Assembly: GCA_963727445.1 (NCBI GenBank)
Contig: CAVSGI010000009.1
Location: forward strand, 32,001-96,000
DNA: 64,000 bases
Origin: an uncultured delta proteobacterium
GTDB taxonomy: Bacteria; Myxococcota_A; Polyangia; Polyangiales; B10-G4
Direction of reading: 5' to 3'
Shown one piece after another: positions 1 to 8,238 of this stretch. Position 1 is the first letter of the stretch. The number at the start of each line of letters is the position of its first letter. The notes under the pieces are model-generated. The model was not told where the DNA came from and searched no databases. It saw only the letters and a list, made by a program, of their open reading frames with translations. The position numbers were made by a program, and so were the translations under genes.

Positions 1-47
1 AACCCACGACATTCAGTTTCCGACAGGTCACTCCGCTGGCGGAACAC
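1..47 (-). ncRNA. Probable 5' part of a YrlA-type Y RNA / permuted tRNA mimic, cut by the window edge
   Basis: Minus strand reads GTTCCGCCAGCGGAGTGACCTGTCGGAAACTGAATGTCGTGGGTT. It ends in a V-loop plus start of a T-arm but has no upstream D-arm or acceptor, the order expected for YrlA; lies in a tRNA array. Confidence 0.45.
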
Positions 48-124
48 GTCCACCGGATACACGACGAAGACGAAGCCCATCGTGCACGGCGACGCACCGG
101 CATGATGCCTCTTGCCAGGCGATG

Positions 125-202
125 TGGTGCAAACGGGAGGATTCGAACCTCCACTGAGCCGGGTCTGAGCCGACCGCCTCTGCCGAGTTGGGCTACGTTT
201 GC
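125..202 (-). tRNA. tRNA-Leu(CAG) with short variable region
   Basis: Acceptor GCAAACG/CGTTTGC, anticodon arm GTCGG-CTCAGAC-CCGGC, T-loop TTCGAAT, encoded CCA; V region only 5 nt. Confidence 0.9.
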
Positions 203-1498
203 GAAATTCGGATGGACGGTACCGACGCGCGATCGACGGAGCGCCGTGCGCCGGGGAGCGTCGTGAGCGCGCCGCTCTCCGGAGCGTCGAGGGCGGAGAG
301 GAGCGCGTTCAGCGCCACCATGGTCCGCATGAGGAAGGGCATGAAGTAGGGCAGCTTGAATCGCTCCATCAAGAGCTGCTTCTTCATGGTGCCGGCCGCG
401 TCCACAATCTCGCGTACGCGCTCCGAGCCGATCGCTTCGCCCCGAATCACCCCGCCGATGGCGATCCACTGCACCTCGGCGATCGCCTCGGCCGCGCGCC
501 GATTGCCGATCTCGAGCGCGGCGTCCACGGCGCGGACGAAGCGCTCGCGGTCCGACGCGAGCGCGGCATCCCGCAAGTCGCCGAACGCCTCTCGCTGAGC
601 GTCGTCGAAACGAAAGACGCTCCCGAAGTCGAGCACGCCTACCGTGCCGTCCTCCCGAAAGAAGAAGTTGCCGGCGTGGGCGTCAGCGTAGAGCACGCCG
701 TGGTCGGCCAACGCCGACAGGACGACCCGGCGCACGGCGGCGGCCTGATTTCGCCGCACGTCCGCGTCGAAGGCCCGCGCGTGATCGACGGTCACCCCGT
801 CCAGGAAGGTCGTCGACAAGACGCGGGCGCTCGAGACGTCGAGGGCGACCGCGGGGATCTCCAGATCCGGATCGCCCTCGATGAGCGCGGCGAAGGTCGC
901 CATGTTGTCGGCTTCGCGCTCGTAATCGAGCTCGGCCAGAAAGCCCGACTGGATTCGGCCGATGAAGTCGCCGCTCTGTCCGCGCGGCATGAAGAACGCG
1001 GTGGCGACCTTCCCGATCGAGCCGACGTTCTCCATGTCGTGCTCGAAGGCTTCGCGAATGCCCGGGTGCTGCACCTTCACCGCGAGGTGTCGTCCGTCGT
1101 GGTGCTCGGCGTCGTGGACCTGACCGAGCGAGGCGCTGGCAAAGGGCTGGCGGTCGAAACGCGCGAAGACCTCTTCGGGCGGTGCGCCCGAGATCCTCCT
1201 CCACGAGCGCGGCGATCGCGTCGTAAGGGGAGCGCGCCGCCTGGGCGCGGAGTCTGGCGAGGGCGGGTCCGACCTGCTGTTGGACCTCAGGGGGGAGATT
1301 CGCCTCGAGGAGGCCAGCCATCTGACCGACCTTGGTGCCGAGGCCGCGGAGCTCGCCGAGGCGATCGACCGCGCTCTCGAGGCCCTTGCCCGAGCCGGCG
1401 ACCATCGAGGCCGCCGTCCCGACGCCCGCGCGCGCCATCGAGGCGAGGCGCCCGAGACGACCGGTCTTCAGCTTCTTGGAATCCCCGCCGTCCCCCAT
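193..1498 (-). CDS. ABC1/UbiB/AarF-family atypical kinase (one frameshift near 1187)
   Basis: LRGLGTKVGQ, ASASLGQVH, AVKVQHPG, ELDYEREA, ADAHAGN, LDFG motifs split over ORFs 683..1498 and 193..1080. Confidence 0.85.
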
Positions 1499-1564
1499 GA
1501 CCGAAGGATTGTGCCAATCGGCGGCCGAGGGAAGTGGGAGCCGACGCGTCGGCTACGCCACGAT

Positions 1565-1642
1565 TGGAGCCCCTGGGGGGAATCGAACCCTCCATTTCCG
1601 GTTTGAGAGACCGGCGTCCTCACCTGATTAGACGACAGAGAC
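1565..1642 (-). tRNA. tRNA-Glu(CTC)
   Basis: Anticodon arm CCGGT-CTCTCAA-ACCGG, T-loop TTCGATT, encoded CCA. Confidence 0.9.
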
Positions 1643-1687
1643 AGGAAGCGCCACGACCCGATACTGCTGGGCAGGGCGCAGACGAAA

Positions 1688-1758
1688 CGGAGCGGTTGGG
1701 GGGAGTCGAACCCCCTTCGCGAAGATGGCCACCTCGTTACTCACCAGCGAGCAACCGC
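1688..1758 (-). tRNA. tRNA-Gly(GCC), atypical (reduced D-arm, G33, ends CCG)
   Basis: Acceptor GCGGTTG/CAACCGC, anticodon arm CGAGG-TGGCCAT-CTTCG, T arm GGGGG-TTCGACT-CCCCC. Confidence 0.75.
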
Positions 1759-1760
1759 AT

Positions 1761-1852
1761 GTGCCGGCCTGCTCAGGTGCCTAATCCGAGCTTCCGGCAG
1801 TGAGCGCGAGCTTTAGGAGGGAGCTCTCACTCACCGAAATCTGTCTGGCTGC
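1761..1852 (-). ncRNA. Unassigned structured RNA between tRNA genes
   Basis: Long hairpin GTGAGTGAGAGCT...AGCTCGCGCTCAC followed by a second hairpin GCTCGG...CTGAGC. Confidence 0.35.
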
Positions 1853-1958
1853 CGGGATGCACTCCCGGCTCCGCGCTGCTGCGCTCCCGATCCCGCTGAC
1901 GCCGCTGCGCGGCTTTCGCGGGCTCGTACGCTCCGCAGCGCTCCGCCTTCTCCTAGAC

Positions 1959-2029
1959 TGGCACGCCGCCGAGGAGTCGCACCTCGTCCCACGGGTTTGG
2001 AATCCGATCGGCTCTCCAGCCTGCGACGT
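1959..2029 (-). tRNA. tRNA-Trp(CCA), atypical (short D-arm, T-loop TGCGACT)
   Basis: Acceptor ACGTCGC/GCGGCGT, anticodon loop TTCCAAA, encoded CCA. Confidence 0.75.
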
Positions 2030-2040
2030 ATGGAGGAAGA

Positions 2041-2129
2041 CGGAGGAAGACGGAGGAATCGAACCCCACACCCAGAGGTGCGCACTGTTTTCGAGACAGG
2101 CCTGACCGCCAGAGATCAGTTCGTCTTCC
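2041..2129 (-). tRNA. tRNA-Ser(CGA) with 8/4 acceptor/T geometry
   Basis: 8-bp acceptor GGAAGACG/CGTCTTCC, 6-bp D stem CTGATC/GGTCAG, anticodon loop CTCGAAA, long V arm, 4-bp T stem. Confidence 0.85.
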
Positions 2130-2133
2130 GAGA

Positions 2134-2209
2134 TGGCGCCTTTGGCAGGACTCGAACCTGCAACCTCTCGCTCCGCAAGCGAACGCTCCTCCAGTCGAGC
2201 TGCAAAGGC
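2134..2209 (-). tRNA. tRNA-Arg(GCG)
   Basis: Acceptor GCCTTTG/CAAAGGC, anticodon arm TTCGC-TTGCGGA-GCGAG, encoded CCA. Confidence 0.9.
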
Positions 2210-2212
2210 GGA

Positions 2213-2286
2213 TGGCGCCGCGTACGGGAATCGAACCCGTCTCGCCCGGGAGACAACCGGATCGCATCCCAGATGCGCAACGCGGC
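2213..2286 (-). tRNA. tRNA-Asp(GTC)
   Basis: Acceptor GCCGCGT/ACGCGGC, anticodon loop TTGTCTC, T-loop TTCGATT, encoded CCA. Confidence 0.88.
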
Positions 2287-2337
2287 TCGGACAGTGAGTC
2301 GACCGTCTCGCCCCGTCAGAGACGAGCCGGTCGTTAC

Positions 2338-2856
2338 TCAAACCATTTCACTGTTCCAGAAGAGCCAGCTCTTCCACGTCTGCGGGACGTCGGTGAGACG
2401 CACGTGGAAAGCCTCCATGGGAAGCCAGGTCGGCTTCGTCGGACGGCTCTTCAGGACCAGGCGCGCCTCCTTCGGAGTCTTCGCGCCCTTGTCGTGGTTG
2501 CACGGACCGCAAGCGGTCACGACGTTGTCCCACGTGGTCTTGCCGCCCCGCGAGCGCGGGATGACGTGGTCCATGGTCAGCTTCTTCGCCGGCAGCGTAT
2601 CGCCGCAGTACTGGCAGGTGAACTCGTCACGCACCATCACGTTGAAGCGCGAGAAGCGGATCGCCTGCTTGCGGCGGCTGATGCGGCGCACCAGGCGCAC
2701 GACAGCCGGCATGCGGATCGTGAGGCTCACCGAGCGGATCTCCTCGTCGTACTCCTCGACGACCTCGACCTTGCCCCCGAAGAGCATGGTGACGGCCTTC
2801 TGCCAGCTGACGATGCGGTGTGGTTGGTAGCCTTGGTCCAGTACAAGTGTACGCAT
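2338..2856 (-). CDS. HNH endonuclease (McrA-like) embedded in the tRNA array
   Basis: RDEFTCQYCG, TMDHVIPRSRGG, WDNVVTACGPCNHDK; AAGGAA upstream of ATG 2856. Confidence 0.92.
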   Translation of the reverse strand: MRTLVLDQGYQPHRIVSWQKAVTMLFGGKVEVVEEYDEEIRSVSLTIRMPAVVRLVRRISRRKQAIRFSRFNVMVRDEFTCQYCGDTLPAKKLTMDHVIPRSRGGKTTWDNVVTACGPCNHDKGAKTPKEARLVLKSRPTKPTWLPMEAFHVRLTDVPQTWKSWLFWNSEMV

Positions 2857-2999
2857 GGCTGCTTCCTTACCTGCGCGACCTCGCAGAGGAGACGCGCCAT
2901 GGCTGTTGATGGATGTGGGTTTGGGTTGGTTAAGTATGGGTCCGCCGTCTGAAGACGCACGAACGGCCGAGAAAAGTCTGTGTGAATCACTTCTGGAGA

Positions 3000-3076
3000 T
3001 GGTCTGCGTAGAGGGATTTGAACCCCCGGCCTCTCGGACCCGAACCGAGCGCTCTTCCAAGCTGAGCTACACGCAG
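3000..3076 (-). tRNA. tRNA-Pro(CGG)
   Basis: Canonical cloverleaf, anticodon arm CTCGG-TTCGGGT-CCGAG, encoded CCA. Confidence 0.93.
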
Positions 3077-3094
3077 GTGTGGGAAGCTGATCCG

Positions 3095-3186
3095 GCTCGT
3101 GGGCAACCCTCCGGTCGCTGCTGCGGCTTCGTGTCGCCTGGCGGCGCCACTGCGCTTCCGCCGCGCCCTGCGGGTTGCCCCCGAGC
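3095..3186. repeat. GC-rich palindromic spacer (REP-like)
   Basis: GCTCGTGGGCAACCC ... GGGTTGCCCCCGAGC inverted arms between two tRNAs. Confidence 0.45.
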
Positions 3187-3198
3187 ACTCCCGTAGAG

Positions 3199-3272
3199 TG
3201 GTGGACACGGTGGGACTCGAACCCACGTCTCCTGCTTACATGCAGGCGCTCTCCCAGTTGAGCTACGCACCC
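3199..3272 (-). tRNA. tRNA with Ala identity (G3-U70, A73) but 6-nt anticodon loop ATGTAA
   Basis: GGGTGCG-TAGCTCAACTGGGAGAGCG-CCTGC-ATGTAA-GCAGG-AGAC-GTGGGTTCGAGTCCCAC-CGTGTCC-ACCA. Confidence 0.75.
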
Positions 3273-3346
3273 CCGCAGGCGGATGACGATCACCCGCCTG
3301 CTTCTTGCGGCATCGGCCCTGCCCGCCACGGCCCCGACCGATGCCT

Positions 3347-3360
3347 GATTGTCAAAGACT
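3347..3360 (-). promoter_or_regulatory. boxA-like antitermination element
   Basis: Minus strand AGTCTTTGACAATC resembles rRNA-leader boxA, just upstream of the first tRNA. Confidence 0.6.
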
Positions 3361-3422
3361 CCTCCGCTTCTCCGGTGAGAAGACAGACCGCCACTTCGCG
3401 CACGCGCTCGCGTGACGGAACG

Positions 3423-3454
3423 AAAAAGGCCACCGCGGAATGTCCGTGGTGGCC
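3423..3454 (-). terminator. Leader (attenuator) intrinsic terminator of the tRNA operon
   Basis: GGCCACCACGGA-CAT-TCCGCGGTGGCC-TTTTT. Confidence 0.8.
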
Positions 3455-3477
3455 CCGGGTGCAGCTCTCCCCGAGAG

Positions 3478-3573
3478 CTACGTGAGGGTGCCCCTCCACG
3501 GACGAAGCAGGGCATCGCAACCGCGACCGAAAGGTCGCGCCAGATGAGATTCATTGCTCGTCCAGTACTTCAT
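3478..3573 (-). CDS. Putative leader peptide MKYWTSNESHLARPFGRGCDALLRPWRGTLT
   Basis: Hand-translated 31-aa uORF between promoter and terminator; its 3' end carries the antiterminator-complementary segment. Confidence 0.55.
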   Translation of the reverse strand: MKYWTSNESHLARPFGRGCDALLRPWRGTLT

Positions 3574-3582
3574 CGTTCCGCC

Positions 3583-3610
3583 CAGATAAGTCGCGCCTCG
3601 CGCATGTCAA
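3583..3610 (-). promoter_or_regulatory. sigma70-like promoter of the tRNA operon
   Basis: Perfect TTGACA, 16 nt spacer, imperfect -10 TATCTG. Confidence 0.5.
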
Positions 3611-3686
3611 CCGCCTTTGTCGTCTCGCGACGCCCGCCCGGTTGCTTACCGCGGGCGGCAGCGTATGGTCCGGCCACGGAGCTCCC

Positions 3687-4934
3687 TTGAAGACGATCCG
3701 AAAGCGCCGCGTGGTGATCACCGGGATCGGGATGGCGTCGCCCATCGGGCACGACCTCGACACGGTCAGCGATGCGCTGCGCCACGACCGCCACGGCATC
3801 CGCCACGTCTCCGAGTTCGAACGCATCGGCGAGCTGCAGACCCGACTCGCCGGCGTGGTCGACGACGTCGATCTCTCTCGGCGCTGGCCACGGCAGCGCA
3901 CGCGCTCGATGGGTCGCGTCGCGCTTCTCGCCGCGCACGCCACCGACGCTGCCCTCGAGGACGCCGGCATCGACGAAGAACGCCGCAGCGCGCCCGACGT
4001 CGGCCTCGCCTACGGCTCCACCCACGGCTCCTCGGTCGAGCTCGAGCGCTTCTGCCGCAAGGTGTTCGGCAACGACAGCCTCGAAGGGATCTCGTCCAGC
4101 TCCTATCTCCGGTTCATGAGCCACACCACCACCGCGAACCTCGCCGGCCTCTACGGCATTCGCGGGCGCGTCATCTCCACCTGCGCGGCCTGTGTGTCGG
4201 CGAGCCAGGCGGTCGGCGCCGGATACGAAGCCATCAGCGTCGGCGCACAGAAGGTGATGATCTGCGGCGGCTCCGAAGAGCTGCACTGGGTCCCGGCCGG
4301 CGTCTTCGACATCCTCTTCGCCACCAGTCATCGCTACAACGATCGTCCCCATCTCAGCCCGCGCCCCTTCGACGTGGCTCGCGACGGACTGGTGATCGCC
4401 GAAGGCGCCGGCACCGTCGTCCTCGAAGAGCTCGAGCACGCCAAGAAGCGCGGCGCGCACATCCATGCCGAGGTCCTGGGCTACGGTACGAACTGCGACG
4501 GCTCTCACCTCACCGCGCCGTCCGCCGAAGGCATGTCCGACGCGATGCGTCTCGCGCTACGGGACGCGGGTCTCGTAGCGAGCGACATTCAATACGTGAA
4601 CGCGCACGCGACCGCCACGCAGGTGGGCGACGTGAGCGAGAGCCACGCGACGCGGGCGGTGCTCGGCGAGAAGGTGCCGATCTCCTCGACGAAGGGATTC
4701 ACCGGCCATACACTCGGTGCCTGTGGAACGATCGAAGTCGCGCTCTGCATCGCGATGATGAGAGACGGTTTCCTCGCTCCCACGCGCAACCTCCGCGAGC
4801 TCGATCCCGAGTGTGCCTACCTCGACTACATCACCGATGAGCCGAGATACGAGACGGTCGATCGCATGATGAGCAACAACTTCGCCTTCGGCGGCATCAA
4901 CACCTCGCTGATCCTCGGCCGGTGCTCCGAATGA
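3687..4934 (+). CDS. Beta-ketoacyl-ACP synthase (FabF/aryl polyene KS type)
   Basis: RVVITGIG, catalytic Cys in AACVSASQA, NAHAT, GHTLGA, SNNFAFGG. Confidence 0.92.
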   Translation: MKTIRKRRVVITGIGMASPIGHDLDTVSDALRHDRHGIRHVSEFERIGELQTRLAGVVDDVDLSRRWPRQRTRSMGRVALLAAHATDAALEDAGIDEERRSAPDVGLAYGSTHGSSVELERFCRKVFGNDSLEGISSSSYLRFMSHTTTANLAGLYGIRGRVISTCAACVSASQAVGAGYEAISVGAQKVMICGGSEELHWVPAGVFDILFATSHRYNDRPHLSPRPFDVARDGLVIAEGAGTVVLEELEHAKKRGAHIHAEVLGYGTNCDGSHLTAPSAEGMSDAMRLALRDAGLVASDIQYVNAHATATQVGDVSESHATRAVLGEKVPISSTKGFTGHTLGACGTIEVALCIAMMRDGFLAPTRNLRELDPECAYLDYITDEPRYETVDRMMSNNFAFGGINTSLILGRCSE

Positions 4935-6172
4935 CCGAGGAGCGCCTCGACGTCGTGGTCCTCGGCGCGGGCCCCGCCGGCAGCACCTGTGCGCACCTCC
5001 TCGCGAAAGGCGGGGCGAAGGTCCGTGTGCTCGAAAAGGAGAGGTTCCCCCGCTTTCACGTGGGCGAGTCGCTTCTGCCCTGCGAGAACGCCATCTTCGA
5101 GCGGCTCGGCTTCGACATCGGGGGAGGTGATTACCTCTACAAGGCGGGCGCGGAGTTCATCGACGAGCGCACAGACGACATCGCCGACTATCCCTTCGCC
5201 GGCGGGCTCCCCGGAACGCCCTCCCACGCCTACCATGTCGAGCGCGCGCGATTCGATCACGAGCTCGCCCAGCTCGCGGCAAACGCGGGCGCCGAGATCC
5301 GTTTTGGCGTCAAGGTGCGGAACGTCGATGTTTCTGCCGACGAAGTGACCATCTCGGCCGAAGACGGGGAGCACCGCGCGCGCTTCGTGATCGACGCGAC
5401 CGGGCAGGACGCGTTCCTCGCCCGCCGCCGCAAGTCGATCCGTCCCATCAAGGACTTCGGCGTGGTGGCCGCGTTCGCACAATTTTCGGAGCTCTCACCC
5501 GAGTCGGTCGCCGAGCTGACCGAGACCGGCAACATCAAGATCCTGATCCACGACGACGGGTGGGCTTGGCTCATCCCCCTCACCGGTGGCCGCTTGAGCT
5601 TCGGCGTGGTCTCGCGCCGCGGCGGTCTGGGCACCGGCATGATCGACGCGGTGCAGTCGAAGTCGAAGCTCATCGCGCGCCTGACCCGCGGGGCGAAGCG
5701 CGCCGACCCGCAGCTCGTCCGCCACTTCGGCTACGTCAACGCCGAGCCCTACGGCGCGCGTTACGCGTGCATCGGGGATTCGGCGGCCTTCCTCGACCCC
5801 GTCTTCAGCTCCGGCATCTTCCTCGGGATGAAGAGCGCCGAGATGGCGGCGGACATTCTCGGACCCGCCCTCTCGGACGGGACCGAGGCGCGGCCGGATC
5901 TCCTCGATCCGGTGAAAGCGAAGATGCGCGAGGCCTACGTCGCCTTTGGGTCGCTGATCCGCAGCTTCTACTCGACCAATCTGGTCAAGCACTTCTTCTT
6001 CCACCCGGACCCGGAGCCCGAGCTCCGGGCGGGCCTCACCAGCATCCTCGCCGGCGACGTCTTCCGGGAAGACAACAAGTTCCAGAATTCGATCACCAAA
6101 GGCCGTCGCCTTTGGACGCCGGAATCCGTGGCCCAGGAGGAGCTCGGAGCGCGCTCGCCCCGCGGGCGTTGA
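4931..6172 (+). CDS. Flavin-dependent halogenase (carrier-protein substrate type)
   Basis: GAGPAG, FPRFHVGESL, WAWLIP (WxWxIP), GDSAAFLDPVFSSG. Confidence 0.85.
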   Translation: MTEERLDVVVLGAGPAGSTCAHLLAKGGAKVRVLEKERFPRFHVGESLLPCENAIFERLGFDIGGGDYLYKAGAEFIDERTDDIADYPFAGGLPGTPSHAYHVERARFDHELAQLAANAGAEIRFGVKVRNVDVSADEVTISAEDGEHRARFVIDATGQDAFLARRRKSIRPIKDFGVVAAFAQFSELSPESVAELTETGNIKILIHDDGWAWLIPLTGGRLSFGVVSRRGGLGTGMIDAVQSKSKLIARLTRGAKRADPQLVRHFGYVNAEPYGARYACIGDSAAFLDPVFSSGIFLGMKSAEMAADILGPALSDGTEARPDLLDPVKAKMREAYVAFGSLIRSFYSTNLVKHFFFHPDPEPELRAGLTSILAGDVFREDNKFQNSITKGRRLWTPESVAQEELGARSPRGR

Positions 6173-6233
6173 AGATTCGGGCTCGTAGGGCGGTCGTAGA
6201 CGCGTGTCTGCTTTCGGATTAACGTCACCCGCC

Positions 6234-7412
6234 ATGGCGAAGCGGCGAACGCCCCTGCCCATCACCGCCCATGCAGCGGTCAACGCCCTCGGCCGAAGCA
6301 CGGCGGAGGTGCTCGCGAACCTCGACGCGGGGAGGAGCGGCTTGCGCCCGCCCCCATTCGAGGTGCCCCTCACCACCGTCGTCGGCGCCATCCCAGGCGA
6401 GCTCGCGCCTCTGCCCTCCGAGTGGTCCGACTACGACTGCCGTCTCTCGCGCATGGCGAAGCTCGCCTACGACGAGGTCCACGCCGCGGTGGTGGCGGCG
6501 CGGGAACGCTGGGGCGCGGAGCGGGTGGCGGTGATCCTCGGCACCAGCACCGGCGGTCTCCACGCCACCGAGCGCGCGTATTTCCAGTGGCGTGACGACG
6601 GCACGGTGCCGGACGACTTCGACTTCCACCGCCAGCACGACTTCAACGGGTTGGGCGAGCTCCTCTCCAAGCTGTCCGGCATCGACGGTCCGACCTACAC
6701 GCTGAGCACCGCCTGTTCTTCGAGTGGCAAGGTGATGGCCGCGGCGTGGCGCTTGATCGAGGCGGACGTGATCGACGCGGCGCTGGTGGGCGGCGTCGAT
6801 AGCCTCTGTCGGATGACCCTTCAAGGCTTCCACGGTCTCGGCGTGCTCTCCGACACGCACTGCCGGCCCTTCAGCGCCGAGCGCAAGGGGATCAACATCG
6901 GCGAAGGGGCCGCCTTCCAACTCATCGAGCGCGAAGGCGACAGCGACGTGTGGGTCCTCGGCGTCGGCGAATCGAGCGATGCCCACCACATGAGCTCGCC
7001 CCACCCCGAAGGGCGCGGCGCGGCCGAAGCGATGAGCCGCGCGATGGCGCAGGCGGGCCTCGAGGTCGAGGACATCGATCACATCAACGCCCACGGCACC
7101 TCCACGCTGCTCAACGACAAGGCCGAGGCCATCGCCATCCACGCCCTCTTCGGCGATCGCGTTCCGGTGGTCTCCACCAAGGGATTCACCGGTCACCTCC
7201 TGGGCGCAGCCGGCGGGACCGAGGCCAGCTTCGCCATCCACGCCGTTCGGAGCAATCGCATCCCTGCGAACCTCGGCGTCGAGCCCAAGGATCCCGACGT
7301 CCACATCGACGTGCGCCCGGAGTCGCGCACGCAACGGGTGCGCCGCGTGCTCAGCAACAGCTTCGCCTTCGGCGGGAGCAACGTGAGCCTCCTGATCGGA
7401 GAGCGGCCGTGA
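6234..7412 (+). CDS. Beta-ketoacyl-ACP synthase (aryl polyene elongating KS type)
   Basis: STACSSS, GINIGEGAA, NAHGT, GHLLGAAG, SNSFAFGG. Confidence 0.92.
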   Translation: MAKRRTPLPITAHAAVNALGRSTAEVLANLDAGRSGLRPPPFEVPLTTVVGAIPGELAPLPSEWSDYDCRLSRMAKLAYDEVHAAVVAARERWGAERVAVILGTSTGGLHATERAYFQWRDDGTVPDDFDFHRQHDFNGLGELLSKLSGIDGPTYTLSTACSSSGKVMAAAWRLIEADVIDAALVGGVDSLCRMTLQGFHGLGVLSDTHCRPFSAERKGINIGEGAAFQLIEREGDSDVWVLGVGESSDAHHMSSPHPEGRGAAEAMSRAMAQAGLEVEDIDHINAHGTSTLLNDKAEAIAIHALFGDRVPVVSTKGFTGHLLGAAGGTEASFAIHAVRSNRIPANLGVEPKDPDVHIDVRPESRTQRVRRVLSNSFAFGGSNVSLLIGERP

Positions 7413-8161
7413 TCGGCGTCGACGGGATCGGGCTCTGGGCCCCGGGCTTCGCGAGCCTCGAGGCGTTTCGTGCGGGCGAGGCCGACGAGTCCGTCACCAT
7501 GCCCAGGTGCGCCGTCGCCAACGCTCGCGCCAAGCGCGGGGTGAGCCGCATCGCGCGGATGCTCGGTGAGGTCGTTCAGCAGGCGGCCGAGGACGCGGGC
7601 GCCGACCTCTCCGAGGTGCCGACCGTGTACGCGTCGGCCTGGGGTGAGATCGACATCATGATCAAGCTCCTCGACCAGATCGCGGACGGCGAGGTGGGCC
7701 TGAGCCCGCTGCGCTTCAAGCACAGCGTCCACAACTCCGCTTCGGGCCTGGTCTCCATCGCCGCCGAGAACCGCGGCTTCTCGACGGCCATCGCCGCCGG
7801 GCGCCGCACCTTCGAGCAGGGCGTCCTCGAGGCGCTGTCGCTGCTCCGATCTTCGGACGGTGAGCGGGTGATCCTCGCGGTCGCGGAAGACGAGCTGCCG
7901 ACGCCCCTCGATCGCTTCGGGCGCTACGCGCCGCTCGCCATCGGCCTCTGCTTCGCCAAGACGCCGCGCGAGGGCGCGCACGGCACGATCAGCTTCCCGA
8001 AGCGCGCGAGCGAGGTCCTTCGTCCGACGCTGCCCGACGCCTACGCGGCGAACCCCACCGCTCACGCGCTGCCCCTGCTCGATGCGCTCGCCTCGGGAGA
8101 GCCCGTGAAGGCGCTGGCGCTCTCGGCCGCCGATCGACCGTTCGCGATCGACGTCGGCTGA
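7409..8161 (+). CDS. Chain-length-factor-like KS partner
   Basis: VYASAWGE, LSPLRFKHSVHNSASG; no catalytic Cys; coupled to the KS. Confidence 0.8.
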   Translation: MIGVDGIGLWAPGFASLEAFRAGEADESVTMPRCAVANARAKRGVSRIARMLGEVVQQAAEDAGADLSEVPTVYASAWGEIDIMIKLLDQIADGEVGLSPLRFKHSVHNSASGLVSIAAENRGFSTAIAAGRRTFEQGVLEALSLLRSSDGERVILAVAEDELPTPLDRFGRYAPLAIGLCFAKTPREGAHGTISFPKRASEVLRPTLPDAYAANPTAHALPLLDALASGEPVKALALSAADRPFAIDVG

Positions 8162-8238
8162 TTGTCGACGCCGGTACGGCCGGGGGTGGGGTGTGGCGCG
8201 CTTCGCCTCCGTGTATCCTCGCCACTTCGGCAGAGGAA

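Noticed and set aside
1..47. Group I intron-split tRNA
   Set aside because: No 5' exon or intron core in the roughly 80 nt available before tRNA-Leu; a permuted tRNA mimic fits better
2338..2856. HNH as an IscB/Cas9-like RNA-guided nuclease
   Set aside because: Only 172 aa, with no RuvC motifs or PLMP N-terminus
2857..2878. CAGGTAAGGAAGCAGCC resembling SRP RNA helix 8
   Set aside because: The GNRA hairpin and long flanking stem are missing; better explained as the HNH ribosome-binding site
2727..3554. 275-aa and other long ORFs across the tRNA array
   Set aside because: They overlap clear tRNA cloverleafs and have no protein motifs; high-GC shadow ORFs
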